NCBI GenBank assembly: GCA_977018835.1
Contig: OZ361256.1
Location: 558,001 to 622,000 of the forward strand
Direction of reading: 5' to 3'
Length of the DNA stretch: 64,000 nt
Source of the DNA: Minutocellus sp. GHC0000111
Taxonomy: Eukaryota
A program made the position numbers and the translations under genes. Positions 58,888 to 64,000 of this stretch are shown in pieces. The notes under the pieces were generated by a model. That model made no database searches, was not told where the DNA came from, and was given only the letters and a program-made list of their open reading frames with translations. The stretch's first letter is position 1, and each line of letters starts with the position of its first letter.

Positions 58888-61640
58888 ATGTCATCCAAGG
58901 TGGGCCGGGACGATCCACGGACGCCACTGTCGTCCTCTCGAGATCCACGGCGGCGTCCGCTCGTTGGGCGGATGCCCTTGTCTCCCTCGGCGTCGTACCT
59001 GCCCACGGCCACTGCTGGGCATCACCCCCAGCGGAAACACGAAGAGAAGTGGGGGCCAGAATGGATCCTCAACAACAGCGGCAGCATCTACAACAACAGC
59101 CACCAGAACCAATGCAGTGGGGTTGGAAATGAGCCGGCAGGGATTGGCCGTCCGTGCCACCAGCACCATGTCGGCACCGCCGCAGCCGGGTAGTAGTATG
59201 ACCCCCAAGTCATATCGCACTGACGACGACTCATGCCACGCCCGGGAAAGGGTGGCGGTGCCATGGATGCTCATGGTAGGATGTAAGATGCCCATTGGGA
59301 CATTGAGACTGGTCTGGCTCATACCGATAGAAGTGGACGAGGTGGCGGTGGAGCGGTCGATGGCAGTGAGGTGGTGGAAGAGCAGAATCTGGCCCCGGCG
59401 CTGTATCCCATCGCCCTCAACGGAGCTGGGGTTGGTTTGTACCGCGATCCTAAAAAATTTGCCTCCAACAAGGCCAATGCGCACAGTCGCAACCTCCGTC
59501 TCATGGGTGGCCGCCGAGCTCCCATCCGCAGTCACATTGCATTCCGGTGGCGGCGTGGCGAGTGGGGTTATGGAGTCAGCGACCATGCTAGACGTGTCGG
59601 AAGTGGAGAATGGTGGTTTTGTTGACGTGGAGCTCGGTGAGGCTGTGGCTGATGCGGCATTGTCGGCGGCTCGGTCGACCCTTCGTTCTGGCCGCCGGCG
59701 TCCTCGCCATCCCCTTTCGACTCGATTGTCCTCGTCGTCCAATCTGCTTGGCCAATCATCTCGGTCATCTGCCCCATCTCCGTGGAGTCTCTGGAAGTCT
59801 GTCCACAACGAGGTGGTCCGCTTGAGGGAGCAGAGCTCATTCCGCACCCGAAGAGCGACCGAAGAAGATGGAGGCAGTGCCGTCGTCGAGATATGGTTCG
59901 CCACAGGGTATAATGCGACAAGCTTGGTCGGATATCTGCCATTTACAATGACGACGACTTCGACTTTGCTCTAGTTCTTAGTCACCGTGATGCGTATGCG
60001 TACTGGGCGGACCATTTGGACTTTCGGCAGGAAATCTTTTGTGAAGATGGTGCTCTCTTGTTTGGTGATGAAGATGATTTGATCGGGGATGGAGGCGTAT
60101 CTGGAGGACAGCGATCGTCGGCTGAAGGAATCATTCCTCCCACTCGGAAGAATCTCGGCGACGATCTCGGGAAGGAGAACACACCGACCAACCGCCGCTC
60201 AATGCTCGGTGGGAACAACTCCCTCCGCCAGAATGACGAGGAGAGTAGTTTGCATTGCGACGATGATTACATTGATAACGCGTCGACGGATGAGGAGATG
60301 GATTCCCTTCTGAGCAGCCAGTACGAAACACCTGGCAGAGGCACCAAGAAGAGAAGGCGTCGGAGGACGAACACTGAAGCTTCGAGCATTGACGGCCTCT
60401 CCACTCCACCTCGATCGGCTGGCCCATCCGTTGCACCCCGTACTGCTCCACCCGCTGGGAGGAGAGAAAATCTTCTTGCTTCGCCTGATTCGCTACTGAT
60501 GGACGACTCTGGCAGGAAGGTTCTACGTCCTGGCCGCAAGTGTATCTTCGAACAAGCCGTCGATGCCCTGACACATCCTCGATCTGGACGCAAATCGAGC
60601 CTCTTCGGTCGTCGATCACTCAGCCCCAAGCGACCACGAAGCTCGCGACGTCCGCCCATCAAGCACACGCCAAGTATGCGACGGGCTCCTCTCCATGATC
60701 TGAATGATATCACCACGCCCATGTCCAACGTATCTGACCTCAGCGCTGGGTTGTCTGGGGGTCCAGCCAGCGCAAGCCGCAGACGATGGGGTATGTCGCA
60801 TGGTGAGGACATGTCGAGCCGACGCAATCTAATGACGCCGCCAATCAAGTCGTTGGAGAAGAAGAACTCTATGCGTTCTCTCCGCAGGCAGAGAGCCAAC
60901 ACGGCCGATAGCAGTGGCAAGGGGGGGTTGATCAGATCCGAGGAGAAGCGTCGACAGAGGTCCAAGGCCATTGCGTATGATGACTCCTCGGACGAAGAAA
61001 GCGAGGAGGAGGGAAGAGCAGTAGCAACAGCGGTGAGAGAAGAAGAGGATCGAGCAGATTAAGGCCAGCAAGAGGCGAAGACGTCGTCGTAAGAATGATC
61101 TTGATGCCGATGAGATCCCCTCGCAGACAGTTCCTCGTGGTATTGCGGCAAGAACGGCTGGTATGGACGAATTTCTGTTTGCGTTGAAACGAGGTATCGT
61201 CGTCAGAAGGCACAGGCCTCATGCTGAGAGTGCCTTCATCAAGCTCTTTTCGGTAGACGGCTGCGATACGATCCAGTTCTTTCATGTTGCGTCCGACGAA
61301 GCCATGATCGCCTTCAAGGAGCAGGCCGTCCGTTTCAACCGTTGCGATGCTAGAAGTACCGAGCCCTTGGCTGCCAACGCATCTCAGTGTTGGTCTCGTG
61401 AGATTGCCAACAAGAACCTTGACAAGCATGACACCATTCAGAACTTCAATCTGCCCAAACTTTATTGCCGCCGAGCGGTGCGTGAGGCCTGGCCAAGGAC
61501 CCAGGGCAACGCGAAGAAGAAGGCCGTCGATATGGCTACTCGAGCTATGTATCGTGGTGAAATCAGGACGGCCGATGTTGTATCAGTCCACCCTGCAATT
61601 CATCCGGACCCGTTCTCTGGGGCTCCGGCGAACGAGGAGC
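58888..61640 (+). pseudogene. Large unknown gene (low-complexity N-terminus, possibly PH-like C-terminal domain), frameshifted and truncated by module copy B
   Basis: ORFs 58888.., 58622-59974, 60016-61062 and 61163..; frameshifts ~61045 and ~61460; FLFALKRGIVVRRH...FIKLFSVDGCDTI globular segment ends at HPDPFSGAPANEE. Confidence 0.6.
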
Positions 61641-62131
61641 TGCAGCTGCCGGAGCACGGCAACACCAGTATTGTTCCCTGCTCGAATAATATTTGGACTC
61701 CTTGGCAGGTAGATATGTGTGAATTGCAGTGGAACCCAGCAATTATGAATTACCTAGGTACGTTACTACGTAGTGTTGCCCCTATGGGAGCGGAAGGGCG
61801 ACCGCGGGTCAAATCGAATGCTCAATTGGCTCACACCGGTAATGTAGGGATAAACCGATAGGAAATATTGGATTGGCGAATCGAACAGAAGTAACACACA
61901 GGCATAGGTAGCACAATCGGAGCGAATCGCAGTTTACTGTACTAAGTTATGATCGTAGCTAAGTCAAATCAGTATGAAATTGTTCCCTATTACTTTATGT
62001 CATGTGCCATGGACTGTAGCTCAACACACATGAACGTGTGGAGCTCACAGGCCCACTCGACAATGTTGCCTATCGGCTGCGCTGCTGCTCGAAGTGGAGC
62101 TACGTAGCTGCGCCTTGTTATTATTTGTGAG
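61641..62131 (-). repeat. Conserved ~490-bp module (putative mobile-element end), copy B
   Basis: Inverted copy of 47842-48330 with scattered substitutions and small indels. Confidence 0.93.
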
Positions 62132-62143
62132 AAATTTGCCTGG

Positions 62144-64000
62144 CTAGATGCCAGTGACCCAAGGGTCCTGCACAATCTCGGCGGCATTTGGGCGGTGGTG
62201 GGGATTCTCATGCATCATAGAAGGCACGATGGTGCCAGCGGGGTGGCGGTCGGTAAAGGATTCAAGTCGGAAAGAATGGTCCATCCCATTCACGCCTCGA
62301 AGTGCGGCTGGCACTCCAGCCTCTACCGCGCATACTCCCAGAGCATAAACATCGTTCTTGTTGAAGTGTTCGATTTCTCTGTCTGCCTCGAGTAGAGGCC
62401 AAACCAACTTTTGCTGGAGCATTTCGGGTGCCATGTATGCGAGCGACCCTGGTGAGAAAAACAATCGATCACAGAGGCAGATGGAATAAGGCATGTGTGT
62501 GTAAGTAATCGGGTGTGTCCGTTCCCCACATCTGAGACTCAAACGAAACTCACCAACCATGGTCACGTCGGAGACATTGACGTCGCTGGGCCGAGAAGTT
62601 CCGAAGTCCCCCAAAACGAAAAGCAAGGAAGGAAGACTTGCCCTGAGGAAGATGTTGCCCGGCTTGATATCACGGTGGACCTGTTGCGATAAAATGAAAC
62701 AAGAAATACAAAAACAAAAACGTTAAACTAATGAATGAAGAGAGACAGCATGGCACAACAAAAACAAAAGAAACAAAAATGCGGAAAAGAAGCGGCTCAC
62801 ATATCCCCTCTCGTGCATGTGCGCAACCGCGCTCCCGATTTGCGCGAGCAAGTGCTGCAGTTGCCTCCTTGTCATGGCGCCCTCCCCAGGGAGGCGATCG
62901 AGGTACTTCTTTAAACAGCCCTTTGGGCAAAGCTCCATGACGATGTGGACTTGTTTCAATTCGTTAAGGTAGGCGTCGTAGAAGACGACCACGTGGTCAT
63001 GCTGGAGGTCTCGAAGGTTCGATATCTCCTTGGCCACTGCACAAATATTTTTTTTGGTCGCCTTCCTCTTCAACGTCTTGACGGCCACAGGCTCGTCCGT
63101 CGCTTTGGCCCTCACGATGGAAACATTTCCGAACATTCCCGACCCAATGGATAGGCCCGCCATGTGTGGCCTCTCAGTAAGCTTAACTGTTGAGCTGTCC
63201 TCGATGGCAACTGATATCCCTTCGTACTTGTCCCCAATTCCTCCCTCCGTAAAGACGCCTTGCCCAACGAGGGCAAGCAGCTGGTGTCGTACCCGGTCCT
63301 GGCCCGCGGCAGCTCCACCAGCGCCGCCCGTAGCCATGGTCGACACCTGTTGGGGCTGGATTGGGTTGGAATTTTGTCCGCCGTCTTCAAACCTGACGGA
63401 CCTGAAATTACAGAACGTGGGAAAGGATGGTGTAGAGGAGTGCAAGAGAGGTGAGATGCCAACATCATTAACATCAAATTCAATATTAAAAATGGCAAAG
63501 TCAAAGTGAGGGGCTGATCTGCCGACCCGACACCCAACTTACATGTGCCCGATCCCAACGCCGATGTTGTCGACCGCATCGCCCACGGGCAGCTGCCCTT
63601 CCACCGCGGGAGGCTGCTGCCCGATGCCATCGAGGCTGCCGTTGGCGAGGACGCCGGCGCCGTCCTGGCCGTCCAGGGCGGGTACGTCTTCCTCCATGGG
63701 AAGCTGACCATCGGCCGGGACGAGAGGGGGCTGCTGGCCGACACCGATACCGTGACCAATGCCGATGCCGACACCTGCGTCCCCGGCACCGACCGCTCCG
63801 ACTCCTCCGACGCCGACGGTGGCAGCAGCGGGGGGTTGCTGCTCCTGGACGCCCTGCTGGGCCAACCCAACCCAACCCTGACTCTGACCTTGGTCTTGGC
63901 CTTTACCGCCCGGCGGGGGCTGACCCTGCTTGGCCGCCCGATACCTTTGGCCTTCCTCTGCCCAGCGCTTGAGCTTGGCCGGATCCGACTTGTGGTTGTT
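62144..64000 (-). CDS. Divergent Ser/Thr protein kinase, 5' end beyond window (introns 63542-63402, 62800-62681, 62553-62449)
   Basis: GSGMFG, VAVK, HRDIKPGN, DFG, GSLAYMAPE, DVYALG; all three GT-AG introns join in frame. Confidence 0.88.

Noticed and set aside
63861..63880. (GGGTT)3 as a telomeric insertion
   Set aside because: 5-mer rather than TTAGGG, in frame within a Gly/Gln-rich exon; too weak

Overview
Eukaryotic genomic DNA with GT-AG introns, TTAGGG repeats and signal peptide + 'AF' plastid presequences; diatom/stramenopile-like by inference. Many ordinary cellular genes in the window are decaying through single nonsense codons or frameshifts: an EGF-like protein, RING-H2 E3, class C GPCR, EXS/XPR1, two F-box-like genes, MYND, NOC1/MAK21 and a large unknown gene. 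RbgA GTPase, an arrestin-like gene, a NudC/CS gene and an EamA transporter look intact. Recognisable mobile DNA includes (i) a 2.3-kb DD38D mariner with TA TSD, an HMG-box-like transposase N-terminus and a second divergent ORF; (ii) a 4.0-kb DD34E IS630/Tc1 element with 106-bp TIRs and a convergent, spliced Cys-rich partner gene, inserted in NOC1; (iii) a (TA)n-targeted MITE; and (iv) a non-LTR RT fragment. The best candidate for an undescribed system is a ~490-bp conserved non-coding module ending in a GC hairpin. It occurs three times, each time immediately 3' of a gene (a KOW-like ORF family twice, a divergent Ser/Thr kinase once), and one copy truncates a host gene mid-exon. This suggests an unclassified cargo-swapping mobile element family. 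The window also shows TA-palindrome-TA insertions matching Tc1/mariner excision footprints, and an in-frame (TTAGGG)3 insertion that knocks out an F-box gene. All family assignments are by motif recognition only; no database searches were run.
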